Source of the DNA: Gemmatimonadota bacterium
GTDB lineage: Bacteria; Gemmatimonadota; Gemmatimonadetes; Longimicrobiales; Gaopeijiaceae
Direction of reading: 5' to 3'
DNA length: 29,815 bases
Assembly (NCBI GenBank): GCA_039589315.1
Contig: JBDHHQ010000061.1
Span: 1 to 29,815 of the forward strand
Shown here: positions 9,768 to 18,469 of the stretch, piece after piece
How positions within the stretch are numbered: position 1 is the first letter of the stretch
How the letters are laid out: the number at the start of each line of letters is the position of its first letter
The notes under the pieces: model-generated
What the model saw: only the letters and a program-made list of their open reading frames with translations
What the model was told of the DNA's origin: nothing
Databases searched by the model: none
Position numbers and translations under genes: made by a program

Positions 9768-12421
9768 GCACCCCGCCCCTCTCCCGCCGGCTTCTGCAGC
9801 TGACGCTGCCCCCCGACTACCGGGAGCAGCAGCTCGGCGATCTGGAGGAGGAGTTCCGGCACCGCTCGAAACGAGATGGGCCGGCGGCCGCGGCCCGCTG
9901 GTATCGCCGGCAGGCCCTGGGGTCCGTCGCCCCCGCGCTTCAGACGAGGTTCCGGCCTCGACCCAGACATGCCCGGCCCACACATACACGAGGAAGCAAC
10001 ACCATGGAGACCGTTCTCCAGGACTTCCGATACGGTGTTCGTTCGCTGATGAAGAGCCCGTCGTTCGCAGCCGTCTCCACCATCACGCTGGCGCTCGCCA
10101 TCGGTGTGAATACCGCCATCTTCAGCCTGGTCAGCGTGGTGATCTTCTCGGATCTCCCCATGGGCGACGCGGAGACCGTGGCGCTCATCCGAAGCTCGAA
10201 CCCCTACGTCGGGCACGAACGGGAGCCGCTGTCCTATCCGGACTTCGTCGATCTCCAGCAACAGGCTTCGAGCTTCGAGGCCCTGACGGCCATGGAGGGC
10301 GCCGGGTGGATCCTCACGGGGGACGGCGCGCCCCAGCGAGTCCAGGGGAACCGCGTCACCGCGAACCTCATGGAAGTGTGGAGGCTGCCACCAGCGGCTG
10401 GCCGTGCATTTCTGCCAGAGGAGGGCGCGCCCGGCGGCCCGAACGTGGTCATGCTCAGCTCCGGATTCTGGCGCCGCCGCTACGGGTCCAGTCCCGACGC
10501 CATCGGCTCGTCGATCCGCCTGGACGGCATCGAGCACACGATCATCGGCGTCGCCTCGCCCAAGATCGAGTTCGCCGACTTGGCCGAGGCCGATGTCTGG
10601 GCGCCGCTCCAGCTCGGCACGGGGGACCGGACCCGGGATGAGCGCACCCTCTTCGTGGCGGGCCGCCTGGCGCCCGGCGTAAGCGGCGGGGCGGCAGCCG
10701 AGGAGATCGCCCGCCTGGGTCAGCGCCTCTCCGAGGCCTACCCGGAGAACGAGGACTGGGAATACCGGTCCCAGCTGGTCCGGGAGGGGCTGATCGACGA
10801 CGAAGCCAAGTTGATCCTCACGCTCTTGGTCCTCAGCGTCGGGTTCGTACTTCTCATCGCGTGCGCCAACGTGGCCAACATGCTGCTGGCGCGCGCTACG
10901 ACGCGAAGCCGGGAGATGGCAGTTCGTTCGGCACTTGGCGCCAGGCGCGTCCGGCTGGTCCGCCAGCTTCTGACTGAGAGCTTCATCGTGGCGGCAGTTT
11001 CCGCCCTTGCAGGGCTCTTCCTGGCCCGGGCCATCCTGAACCTCATGGTCTGGATCACGGCGGGTCGGGAGGAGTTCTTCATCATGGCCGAGATGGACGA
11101 GCACGTCCTCGCCTTCACGCTGATCGTGACCATCCTGGCGCCGATCATCTTCGGGCTACTCCCGGCATTGCGCACCTCGGGGGACGACGTGGCCAGCACC
11201 ATCAAGGAGGGCAGTGTCCGGTCCGGCGGCGGGCGGAAGTCGGCCAGGCTCCGGAGCTTCCTCGCAGCCGGACAAGTCTCACTGGCGTTGATGGCGATGG
11301 TTCTGGCCGTGCTGTTCGTCCGCACGGTCATGGTGACGGAGCAGGAAGAGTGGGGCATGGACATCGAAGGAGTGATGACCGTTCAGGTGGAGCTCCCGGA
11401 GTCCGACTACGGGGACGACGGAGCGATCCGCCAGTTCTATCTGGACGCGGCGTCGCGATTCTCGAGTGTCGCTGGCGTCCAGGCCGCCGGCTTCGCCACC
11501 GGCCGGCCGTCGGTCGAGAATGGTCCAGTCCGGGAGTTCGAGATCGAGGGGCGGGTGGCAGGACACGACCTCGAGCGATCCATGGCGGATCTGTATTCCG
11601 TGAGCCCGGGATTCCTGGAGTTGATGGGAGTCCCGCTGATGCGGGGCAGGGACATCGGTGTGCAGGACACCGAAGCCGCGGTGCCGGTCGTGCTGGTCTC
11701 GGACGAGGCGGCAACGAGGTTCTGGGGCGACGACGACCCCATCGGGCAGCGACTCAGGGTGGGTGCTGCCGAGACCGATCCGTGGCTCCAGGTAGTGGGG
11801 ATCGTGGCCGATGTTCGCTCCAGCGGTGATGATCTGCGACCCGAGCCAACGCTCTACGTGCCCTTCTCTCAACGCCCGGCTCGTCAGGCCATCCTGTTCG
11901 CCCGGACATCCACCGAGCCCACCGGCGTGGCGCCGGCCCTGTCCGCCGCCATATGGGAGGTCGACCCCAACCTGCCCATCGACGACAGTCGGACCATGGA
12001 GCGGGTCTACCGGGACGGACAGGGGACTACGTTTGCGCTGTTGACCCTGTTCGTCACATTCGCGCTCTTCGCTCTGCTCATGTCGGCCATCGGGATCTAC
12101 GGTGTCATGTCATACATGGTGTCGCAGCGCACCGGCGAGATCAGCATCCGCATGGCGCTTGGCGCCGAGATCGGAAAGGTCCAACGCATGGTGCTGTGGC
12201 AGGGCGGCAGGATCGTCTTGCTGGGCGGGCTGCTGGGGCTTGCTGGGGCGGCGCTGCTGGCCCGGGCCGTCCGCAGCCTGATGTTCGGGATCAGCACCCT
12301 GGATCCGGTGACCTTCCTCGGGGTGCCGGCGGTGCTGATCGTGGTGGCGCTGATCGCCAACTACGTGCCCGCTCGGAGAGCCACGCGGATCGATCCCATG
12401 AGGGCGTTGCGGCAGGAGTGA
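9764..12421 (+). CDS. ADOP-type duplicated ABC permease with N-terminal permease-prefix extension
   Basis: GDLEEEF...WYRRQ prefix, then QDFRYGVRSL, IGVNTAIFS, LLIACANVAN, EMAVRSALGA, GIYGVMSY, DPMRALRQE. ATGA overlap with the PadR stop. Confidence 0.94.
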   Translation: MSTPPLSRRLLQLTLPPDYREQQLGDLEEEFRHRSKRDGPAAAARWYRRQALGSVAPALQTRFRPRPRHARPTHTRGSNTMETVLQDFRYGVRSLMKSPSFAAVSTITLALAIGVNTAIFSLVSVVIFSDLPMGDAETVALIRSSNPYVGHEREPLSYPDFVDLQQQASSFEALTAMEGAGWILTGDGAPQRVQGNRVTANLMEVWRLPPAAGRAFLPEEGAPGGPNVVMLSSGFWRRRYGSSPDAIGSSIRLDGIEHTIIGVASPKIEFADLAEADVWAPLQLGTGDRTRDERTLFVAGRLAPGVSGGAAAEEIARLGQRLSEAYPENEDWEYRSQLVREGLIDDEAKLILTLLVLSVGFVLLIACANVANMLLARATTRSREMAVRSALGARRVRLVRQLLTESFIVAAVSALAGLFLARAILNLMVWITAGREEFFIMAEMDEHVLAFTLIVTILAPIIFGLLPALRTSGDDVASTIKEGSVRSGGGRKSARLRSFLAAGQVSLALMAMVLAVLFVRTVMVTEQEEWGMDIEGVMTVQVELPESDYGDDGAIRQFYLDAASRFSSVAGVQAAGFATGRPSVENGPVREFEIEGRVAGHDLERSMADLYSVSPGFLELMGVPLMRGRDIGVQDTEAAVPVVLVSDEAATRFWGDDDPIGQRLRVGAAETDPWLQVVGIVADVRSSGDDLRPEPTLYVPFSQRPARQAILFARTSTEPTGVAPALSAAIWEVDPNLPIDDSRTMERVYRDGQGTTFALLTLFVTFALFALLMSAIGIYGVMSYMVSQRTGEISIRMALGAEIGKVQRMVLWQGGRIVLLGGLLGLAGAALLARAVRSLMFGISTLDPVTFLGVPAVLIVVALIANYVPARRATRIDPMRALRQE

Positions 12422-12498
12422 TTCGCTCCCGGGTCGTCGGGGAGCCGGTGTCGACCCTTCGCGTTGCCATCTTGGACCCGGTGCTCTTCACGCGGCGT

Positions 12499-12891
12499 TC
12501 ACCGCAGCCCGACTGCGAACTTGACCCAGTCCCGCGCCCGGCTGCGCGACGCGTCGTGATTTCGGGGCTCCACCTCGGCGAGCGCACCACCGGCGTACAC
12601 GAGACTGTAGTGATCCACGTGATCGTGCCGGTCGATCAAGAACCGGTCGTCCTCCGGGTAGAACACCGCGCGGTCCGGCCGGTCGCCGGCGAAGCCACGC
12701 ACTGCCTCGATACCCTCCCAGATCGAGATGACCAGGAAGTGGGAACGATCTTCGTGCTCCCGCACGAGCGTTAGAGCTGCCACGTTACCGGGTTCGTCTC
12801 TGAAGCTCTTCAACCCGGTCTTTTCGAGATACGCCAAGTAGGCAGAGGCGTTCTCGGTCTTCGTCCATCCGTGCCAGGTACGAGCGATCAT
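12499..12891 (-). CDS. Antibiotic biosynthesis monooxygenase (ABM)-like protein
   Basis: MIARTWHG...PGN...ISIWEGIEAVRGFAG...AVFYPEDDRFL. Confidence 0.85.
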   Translation of the reverse strand: MIARTWHGWTKTENASAYLAYLEKTGLKSFRDEPGNVAALTLVREHEDRSHFLVISIWEGIEAVRGFAGDRPDRAVFYPEDDRFLIDRHDHVDHYSLVYAGGALAEVEPRNHDASRSRARDWVKFAVGLR

Positions 12892-13218
12892 GATGCGATT
12901 CCTTCAGACAAGGATCTGGGGGCGTTGCGGGGCACTCCCGGCCCCCTCACACTGTACAACGTCCATCCCAGCCGCCCGTGAAAGGGTCTTGTCGATGCAG
13001 TCCAACGGTCACCGTGATCGCCGATCCTGCTTGGCTGGACAGCCTGTGCGACCATAACCGAGATCGCCCGAAAAGCGGTACTCAACACCCCATCATGCCG
13101 TGTTCTGCCGGAGTTGACCGAGGGAAGAACCGAGGAACAGTCCCATGTCCCTCTTCGGCTCCGGCTGTGGCCTAAGAGTTCGTGGCGACCTTCAATGTCC
13201 GCTGCATGGAGGACTCGG

Positions 13219-13458
13219 TTGGAGCGACCGCCGTTCACGCGCGCGATTGGCTACATCTGGGCCGAGGCCTCACAACCGGACGCGACGGAGAAGGAGCATG
13301 AAAGGATCGAGGGGTGGTGCAGAGAACGGGACATCGAGCTTGTCCGCGTTGCGGTAGAGCCATCTCCGCCGCCTCTCGGAGAGCTTCGACCGGCTCTCAT
13401 GGAAGTGCTTCATGGGCCCGCATGCGTGCGGAGGTCAATGCCCATCACGAGCTCATGA
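13219..13458 (+). CDS. Small resolvase-N-terminal-like protein or remnant, no catalytic Ser
   Basis: SD GGAGGA 13208-13213 then in-frame TTG 13219. RAIGYI...IEGWC...IELV...RPALMEVL follows the serine recombinase N-terminal pattern. Its stop overlaps the sulfatase ATG. Confidence 0.4.
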   Translation: MERPPFTRAIGYIWAEASQPDATEKEHERIEGWCRERDIELVRVAVEPSPPPLGELRPALMEVLHGPACVRRSMPITSS

Positions 13459-15926
13459 TCCAGCCTCGGATCGCCCGTAGCAAGCGCTCTGCCTTCTGGA
13501 TCGTGCTCGCGGTCGCAACGATCCTCGCTCTCGCGAGCCTCGGTTGTGCCGACGTTGATTCACGCCCGGCACTCCTCTCGGCCCACATGCCGCTTCACCT
13601 TGAGGAGCATCTCGATGACGCCACCATCGTGGGCTCCGAGGTGCCGACGGACCTGCTCCAACCCGTGGAGTGGCGCTTCGACGAACCACAGCCGGGCTGG
13701 AGGGCCACCACGCCCCGACCCTTTCCAGTAGGGACCCGGCCGGCCGCGGTCTCCCAAACGAACGATGCCTTGCAGATCACCCTGAGACGGTCCAACGAAG
13801 ACCCCAGCAGTGACTTGGGGGCGGGCGTCTACGTGGCCGTCCCTGAGTGGGATCACCGGGATTGGTCGCATGTATTGATCCGGGCCCGAAGCTCTGGTCC
13901 AGGCGATATCGCCCTCGGATTCAACTTGGATCGCGATCTTTACAGCATGGTGGGGACGCGGAGCGCTCCTCTGGTCGATGACGGCACGGTACAGACCTAC
14001 CAGTTGCCGTTCGAGCCCAGATTCACGTTTGAGCGGGCCATCAAGCGACTCCGCTTCTCGGCCCATGCCCACGAACCGCTCGAGGTCGAGATCCTCTCCA
14101 TCACCGTGGTGCCGATGGATGCTGCCTACGCCGAGGTACCGGTGGGGGTACGGCACGTGCAACGTGACAACCGGTACCGGCGCTCCATCTTCGTACATGC
14201 TCCGGCTCAGATCGAGTACCGTGTGCGGGTGCCTGAAGAAGCACGTCTCGACGTGGGCCTCGGCACCCAGTGGTCCGAGCCGCCCACCACCTTCCGGGTC
14301 ATGGTGAGGGCGGATGGTGAGCCAGCCGAGACCCTGCTCGAGGAGAGTCACGGCGACCGCGGGATCTGGGCCCAGCGCTCCATCGACCTCGGCGCGTATG
14401 CCGGGCAACTCGTCACCCTCTCCCTGGGAGCCGAATCGGAACGGGCCGGAAGCGTCGCCCTCTGGGGCGCGCCCACCCTCACTGGGCTGCGTGCCACGGA
14501 CAAGCCCAACGTCATCTTCTACATCATCGATGGAGCCGGAGCGGAGTACATGAGCGCCTACGGCTACAACCGTCGTACGACACCGAACATCGAGCGCCTC
14601 GCCGCCGAGGGAGCCCTCTTCGAGCGAGCCTACAGCAACTCCGAATGGACTCTACCCTCCACGGCGTCCTTCATGACCTCACTGCAACACAGCGTGCTGG
14701 GCGGTTTCAAGAACGGGGGCACTGTTGTCCCGGACAACGCGGTGACGATGGCTCAGCATATGCACGCGGGTGGATACCAGACCGCCGTCTTCACGGCCAA
14801 CCCCAACGCCGGGAGGAGGAGCGGCCTGGAACGCAGTGTGGACGTTTTCCGCGAGGGCTGGACGGAGTTCCGCTACCTCGGTGCCGGACCACGACAACGG
14901 AGGGAATCCTCCAAGTACCTGCATGAGGGGTTCTGGAATTGGCGGGAGGAATATCCAGGAGAGCCGTACTGGGTGCACTTCCAGACCGTCGACATCCACG
15001 GGGACTTCCCCACCGTGGCGCCGTTCGGCGGCCTCTTTGTCAGTGCCGATGAGGTAAGGACGTGGGAGGAGTGGGGCGAGCGGCTCCGTGAGGAGGGCGG
15101 TTGGGGCCTGTACTCGGAGTCCTGGGAGAAGACGGGCATCAATCGGCCCGCTTTTTGGTCGGCAGCGCAGGGCATGTACGATGAGGCCATGGCCCACAAC
15201 GACTACCAGCTCGGGCGGTTGGTAGAGCGACTGAAGGCCGAAGGGGAATGGGAGAACACGCTGCTGATCGTCGCGGCCGACCACAGCGTCGAGGCAGCAG
15301 CAGGAGATATGGGTATTGCTGTCCAGGATTCCCTGCCACCACGCTGGAGTCGTCCGATGTTTCGGCCTTCTATCAGCAGGGTCCCGCTTCTGTTCGTATG
15401 GCCGGACCACATCGCGGGAGGGCAACGATTCAGCCAGCCGGCCGTCTCCATGATCGATGCCCCGCCTACCATCCTGGAGCTGGTGGGCTTGCCGCTACCC
15501 GAGGTCATGCAAGGGCAATCGCTAGCTCCTCTGTTATTGGGCGAGGGGAACGTGGAGCCCCGGCCCGTGATCCTGGACCATGTCTTTGAAGTTCTCGACA
15601 CGGTCCAGGGGACACGGGAGCTCGGGGGCCGGATCGAGGTGGTCGACGGCCGTTGGGGCGCGTCGCTCGAGATCAACCCCGATCCGGACGTTCCGGAAGA
15701 AGAGCGTCGCCCCGTCCCCCTGCTCCTTTACGATCTGTGGGACGACCCCATGTGTCTGCACAGCGTGCACGAGGAGCGCCCCGACCTGGTGGAGAAATAC
15801 ACTGCGTTTCTCGAGGCGCAGTTCGAGGCACACCGGGCGCTAGGCCAATACTTCACGCCGGCCGAAGACGTCGTGCTAACACCAGAACAGCTCGAGATGC
15901 TACGAACGCTGGGGTACATCAACTGA
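13455..15926 (+). CDS. Sulfatase-like hydrolase/transferase (alkaline phosphatase superfamily), probable lipoprotein with N-terminal beta-sandwich domains
   Basis: Signal peptide with lipobox LASLGC; KPNVIFYIIDG, YGYNRRTTPNI, WTLPSTASFMT, ADH, VPL, MQGQSL, LYDLWDDP, LRTLGYI. Confidence 0.9.
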   Translation: MIQPRIARSKRSAFWIVLAVATILALASLGCADVDSRPALLSAHMPLHLEEHLDDATIVGSEVPTDLLQPVEWRFDEPQPGWRATTPRPFPVGTRPAAVSQTNDALQITLRRSNEDPSSDLGAGVYVAVPEWDHRDWSHVLIRARSSGPGDIALGFNLDRDLYSMVGTRSAPLVDDGTVQTYQLPFEPRFTFERAIKRLRFSAHAHEPLEVEILSITVVPMDAAYAEVPVGVRHVQRDNRYRRSIFVHAPAQIEYRVRVPEEARLDVGLGTQWSEPPTTFRVMVRADGEPAETLLEESHGDRGIWAQRSIDLGAYAGQLVTLSLGAESERAGSVALWGAPTLTGLRATDKPNVIFYIIDGAGAEYMSAYGYNRRTTPNIERLAAEGALFERAYSNSEWTLPSTASFMTSLQHSVLGGFKNGGTVVPDNAVTMAQHMHAGGYQTAVFTANPNAGRRSGLERSVDVFREGWTEFRYLGAGPRQRRESSKYLHEGFWNWREEYPGEPYWVHFQTVDIHGDFPTVAPFGGLFVSADEVRTWEEWGERLREEGGWGLYSESWEKTGINRPAFWSAAQGMYDEAMAHNDYQLGRLVERLKAEGEWENTLLIVAADHSVEAAAGDMGIAVQDSLPPRWSRPMFRPSISRVPLLFVWPDHIAGGQRFSQPAVSMIDAPPTILELVGLPLPEVMQGQSLAPLLLGEGNVEPRPVILDHVFEVLDTVQGTRELGGRIEVVDGRWGASLEINPDPDVPEEERRPVPLLLYDLWDDPMCLHSVHEERPDLVEKYTAFLEAQFEAHRALGQYFTPAEDVVLTPEQLEMLRTLGYIN

Positions 15927-16114
15927 CATGAAGGGCCAACGTCAAATTGGATGAGGCTCCCGCCAGGGCCGCCCAGCCCGCTCCGGCAGCACGTCCATCA
16001 CCTAAGCTCTCGAGGCGGGTCAGGAGGGACATCGGTCAGTTCTGGCTGGCGTGCTTCGCCAGGAGCGCCCGGGATGTGGCGATGAGGGAGCGACAAGGCG
16101 GGGAGGAAGACTGG

Positions 16115-16906
16115 TCAATTGGCGAGCCCCAGGCGCCGGGCAATGGCCCGACCGCCGCGACTCTTGAGGCCAAAGGAAGCGCCACGGGATTCGGTGCCAC
16201 GGTAGACGATCACGTTCTCCGATTCCTCCAATCCCCAGTGCCGGGCGGCGCGTCCGACGACCACCGTCGCCTGATCCGCCTTCGCGCGAGGTACAAGCAC
16301 CTCTCGGGCGTAGCTCACAGCGAGCCCAGCCGACTGGAGGCGTGGGCGCTCCTTCCCTTTCAACCCAGACACCGAGGAGTGATAAGGTACGAGTTGCACC
16401 GCAGCCACGCGGCTGCCCAGCCACACCAGGGCTTCGGCGTAGGAGCATCCCCGCTGGCGTTCTGCCTCCTTCGCCAACTCCCTAAGCTTGCCGTTCCAGT
16501 AGCTGAAGCCCGGATGCCAGGCGAAGTCTGGCGCCAAGATGAAGAAGTCAGGGAGACCTTCGGGTGTCTCCTGACGGAGATTCGCGCCAAGAGCCTCGCG
16601 ATACCCTGGATTGCGCTCCTCCGCCAGATAGTCCATCGGCGTAAGGCCAGGGTTCAGGAGCAGGATGAAGACATCCGCTGTCCCCAAGTTTCCAAGGAAG
16701 GGAATGGGCAGGAGTCCGAGATGGACGCGCGGGTCGCCATGGAAATCGAACTCCGGGTGTGAACGGAACTCATGGAATGACGAGAGCACGACCGCACTCC
16801 CTGGGGAGCCCTCGAACAGTGGGCGGTCTGCCGGAAGCCAGAACGGAGGCGCCACCAAGGGACACAGGCGCCACGCGGCGATCAGCGGGTGGGAGGCCGG
16901 ATCCAT
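16115..16906 (-). CDS. Uncharacterised protein, probable uracil-DNA-glycosylase-like fold
   Basis: 263 aa; LLPIPFLGNL...VFILLLNPG...HPGFSYW...QLVPYHS...VVVGR resembles UDG-superfamily motifs. Confidence 0.65.
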   Translation of the reverse strand: MDPASHPLIAAWRLCPLVAPPFWLPADRPLFEGSPGSAVVLSSFHEFRSHPEFDFHGDPRVHLGLLPIPFLGNLGTADVFILLLNPGLTPMDYLAEERNPGYREALGANLRQETPEGLPDFFILAPDFAWHPGFSYWNGKLRELAKEAERQRGCSYAEALVWLGSRVAAVQLVPYHSSVSGLKGKERPRLQSAGLAVSYAREVLVPRAKADQATVVVGRAARHWGLEESENVIVYRGTESRGASFGLKSRGGRAIARRLGLAN

Positions 16907-17030
16907 TGTCAGAGGATGGGTGCATCTCGAGCATCCGGCAACCGTTGCTCAGTGAGACTTGCCTGCCGCCAAAGCCTGCTGGGCAGGGCGGTCATCGACT
17001 GGAGCAGCCGCTGTTGCCAATCGAACTGGC

Positions 17031-17143
17031 CGCCCACGAGGTCGACACAGCCTGCGCCGAGTATCGATTTGCCCTTGCGCCGGGCCTGCGGCGCATCTCC
17101 TGGCACAGGCCCGCACTGCCGTCCGCGCAGAACCCGGCTAAGT
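17031..17143 (-). mobile_element. Degenerate attC-like site G
   Basis: Minus strand: R''-like ACTTAGC contains the TAG stop of the upstream gene; CTGCGC/GCGCAG arms; inner GGGCCTG/CAGGCCC stem; R'-like GTGGGCG. Confidence 0.4.
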
Positions 17144-17410
17144 GAGGATGTTGTACGTTTCGTGTATCTCAGGCTCTGCGACCTGGGCACCGACGTCTTG
17201 GATGATCGGCATCAACACCTGACCAAACGCCTCGAAGTCTGCGAGGGATTCCCAGACATCGACCACCCCCACGGCGGACGGATCACCCCAACACGTGTGG
17301 AAAGTACGGCCGGTCGGAGCTCCAAACCCGGCCTCGTCAAGGCGGCGAATGATCTCGTCGTACTGTTCAGCGGAAGTCCCGTAGGGCTTGAAGATCACGG
17401 TGACGGACAT
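17138..17410 (-). CDS. Hypothetical protein, dimeric alpha+beta barrel (ABM-like)
   Basis: SD GGAGG before ATG 17410; QYDEI...FH...VVDVWESLADFEAF...LMP. Confidence 0.8.
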   Translation of the reverse strand: MSVTVIFKPYGTSAEQYDEIIRRLDEAGFGAPTGRTFHTCWGDPSAVGVVDVWESLADFEAFGQVLMPIIQDVGAQVAEPEIHETYNILT

Positions 17411-17494
17411 GGGGTCCTCCATGAGTCGGGGTTTCACTCGAAAGGCCGGCGCGCAACTCGGCTTCCGAGTGATTCGCCAACTCGGAAGGCGTCA

Positions 17495-17595
17495 CCTTGA
17501 CCTCTCTGCGATCCCGCGGCGCGGCTGAGATGGTGACCGCAAGCTCAGCGCGCGAGCCGGATACCTACCGCGACTGCAGCAATCGGTTATTAGAA
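17495..17595 (-). mobile_element. Degenerate attC-like site F
   Basis: Minus strand: TTCTAAT AAC CGATTGCTGCAGTCGCGG ... CCGCGCCGCGGGATCGC AGAGAG GTCAAGG. The arms pair with bulges; both cores are non-canonical. Confidence 0.6.
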
Positions 17596-17719
17596 GCGCG
17601 TCATGGTTCCCGCGCGACGCAGGAGCGGCATGTTTCACCACCCAGACCAAGCACGGAGTATCGATGGGAAGGGACCTGGCCCTGGTGGAAACTGCCTGCG
17701 TGGTGAGTTCGGGGGCCGG

Positions 17720-18244
17720 TTACCCTGTTGTCACACCCAACTGCTCTCGGAAGTCCCATAGATCGAGGTAGAAGCGCTCGCGTATGATCTGACCGCCCTG
17801 GAAGTGGATGAAGGACACACCGGCCAGAGAGATCCCGCGGCCCGTAGCGGGCAAGTCAGAATAGCCGCCCGTGTGCGTTCCGGTCATTGACCATTCGGCG
17901 GCTGCCCAACTGCCCTGCTGGATGAACCGCCGAAGCTGGAACCTCAGATCTGGAAACGCCGCTCGCTCTTCGATAACGAGATCCCTGAAGCGATCTCTGC
18001 CTACGACCGGAGAAGCGGAAGCTCCGTCGCCGGTTGGTTCCTCGAAGATGAACCCGTCTGCGAGGATTTCGTCGAGCTTGGCCGCGTCCCCACCCGACCA
18101 CACGGCCAACAACTCCTCGTAAGTCCGCTGCTCTTCAGTGATTGAATCGCGACTGCCCACTTCCTCCGTCTTCGTACCCGAAACACACGAAGTACATGCG
18201 ACAAGGGTAAGGGCGTAGATGAAGCTGTATCCTCGACTCGTCAC
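17720..18244 (-). CDS. SnoaL-like ester cyclase family protein, probable lipoprotein
   Basis: GTG start after AAAGGGGG; hydrophobic leader with Cys; AFPDLRF, MTGTHTG, PATGR. Confidence 0.85.
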   Translation of the reverse strand: MTSRGYSFIYALTLVACTSCVSGTKTEEVGSRDSITEEQRTYEELLAVWSGGDAAKLDEILADGFIFEEPTGDGASASPVVGRDRFRDLVIEERAAFPDLRFQLRRFIQQGSWAAAEWSMTGTHTGGYSDLPATGRGISLAGVSFIHFQGGQIIRERFYLDLWDFREQLGVTTG

Positions 18245-18294
18245 GATGGCCCCCTTTCGCTGTGCGCTACTAGAGCTGATCGGTGTTCCGCGCC

Positions 18295-18469
18295 TCCTCA
18301 CGACTTTGCGATTCCGCCACGCGACCTACCTGCTCGACCGCGCAGCGACGTGAACACGTGGGTCTGATCGGAGCTAGCGATCAAGGCTCATCGCTCCGAG
18401 GAGCGCCGGCGACGAGAGGCCTCCTGAGCCCATTCCCGGTCGGCGCGTCAGCAGCAACCGCTGTCAGGG
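18295..18469 (-). mobile_element. attC-like site A (repeat family A/B/C/D/E)
   Basis: Minus strand: R'' CCCTGAC (contains the TGA stop of the upstream gene), L'' GCGGTTGCTGC, L' GCGGAATCGC, R' GTGAGGA. Shares AGCGATCAAGGCTCATCGCTCCGAGGAGC (18376-18404) with B and C. Confidence 0.72.

Noticed and set aside
2695..14408. Long antisense or alternate-frame ORFs (e.g. 2695..3798, 7682..8893, 9662..11104, 13560..14408)
   Set aside because: Typical high-GC shadow ORFs over well-supported genes.
15930..16110. attC site downstream of the UDG-like gene
   Set aside because: An R'-like GGCCGCCCAGC lies near 15967, but no convincing paired L arms or R'' could be found.
15947..16762. 271-aa plus-strand ORF
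   Set aside because: Antisense shadow of 16115..16906 with no recognisable motifs.
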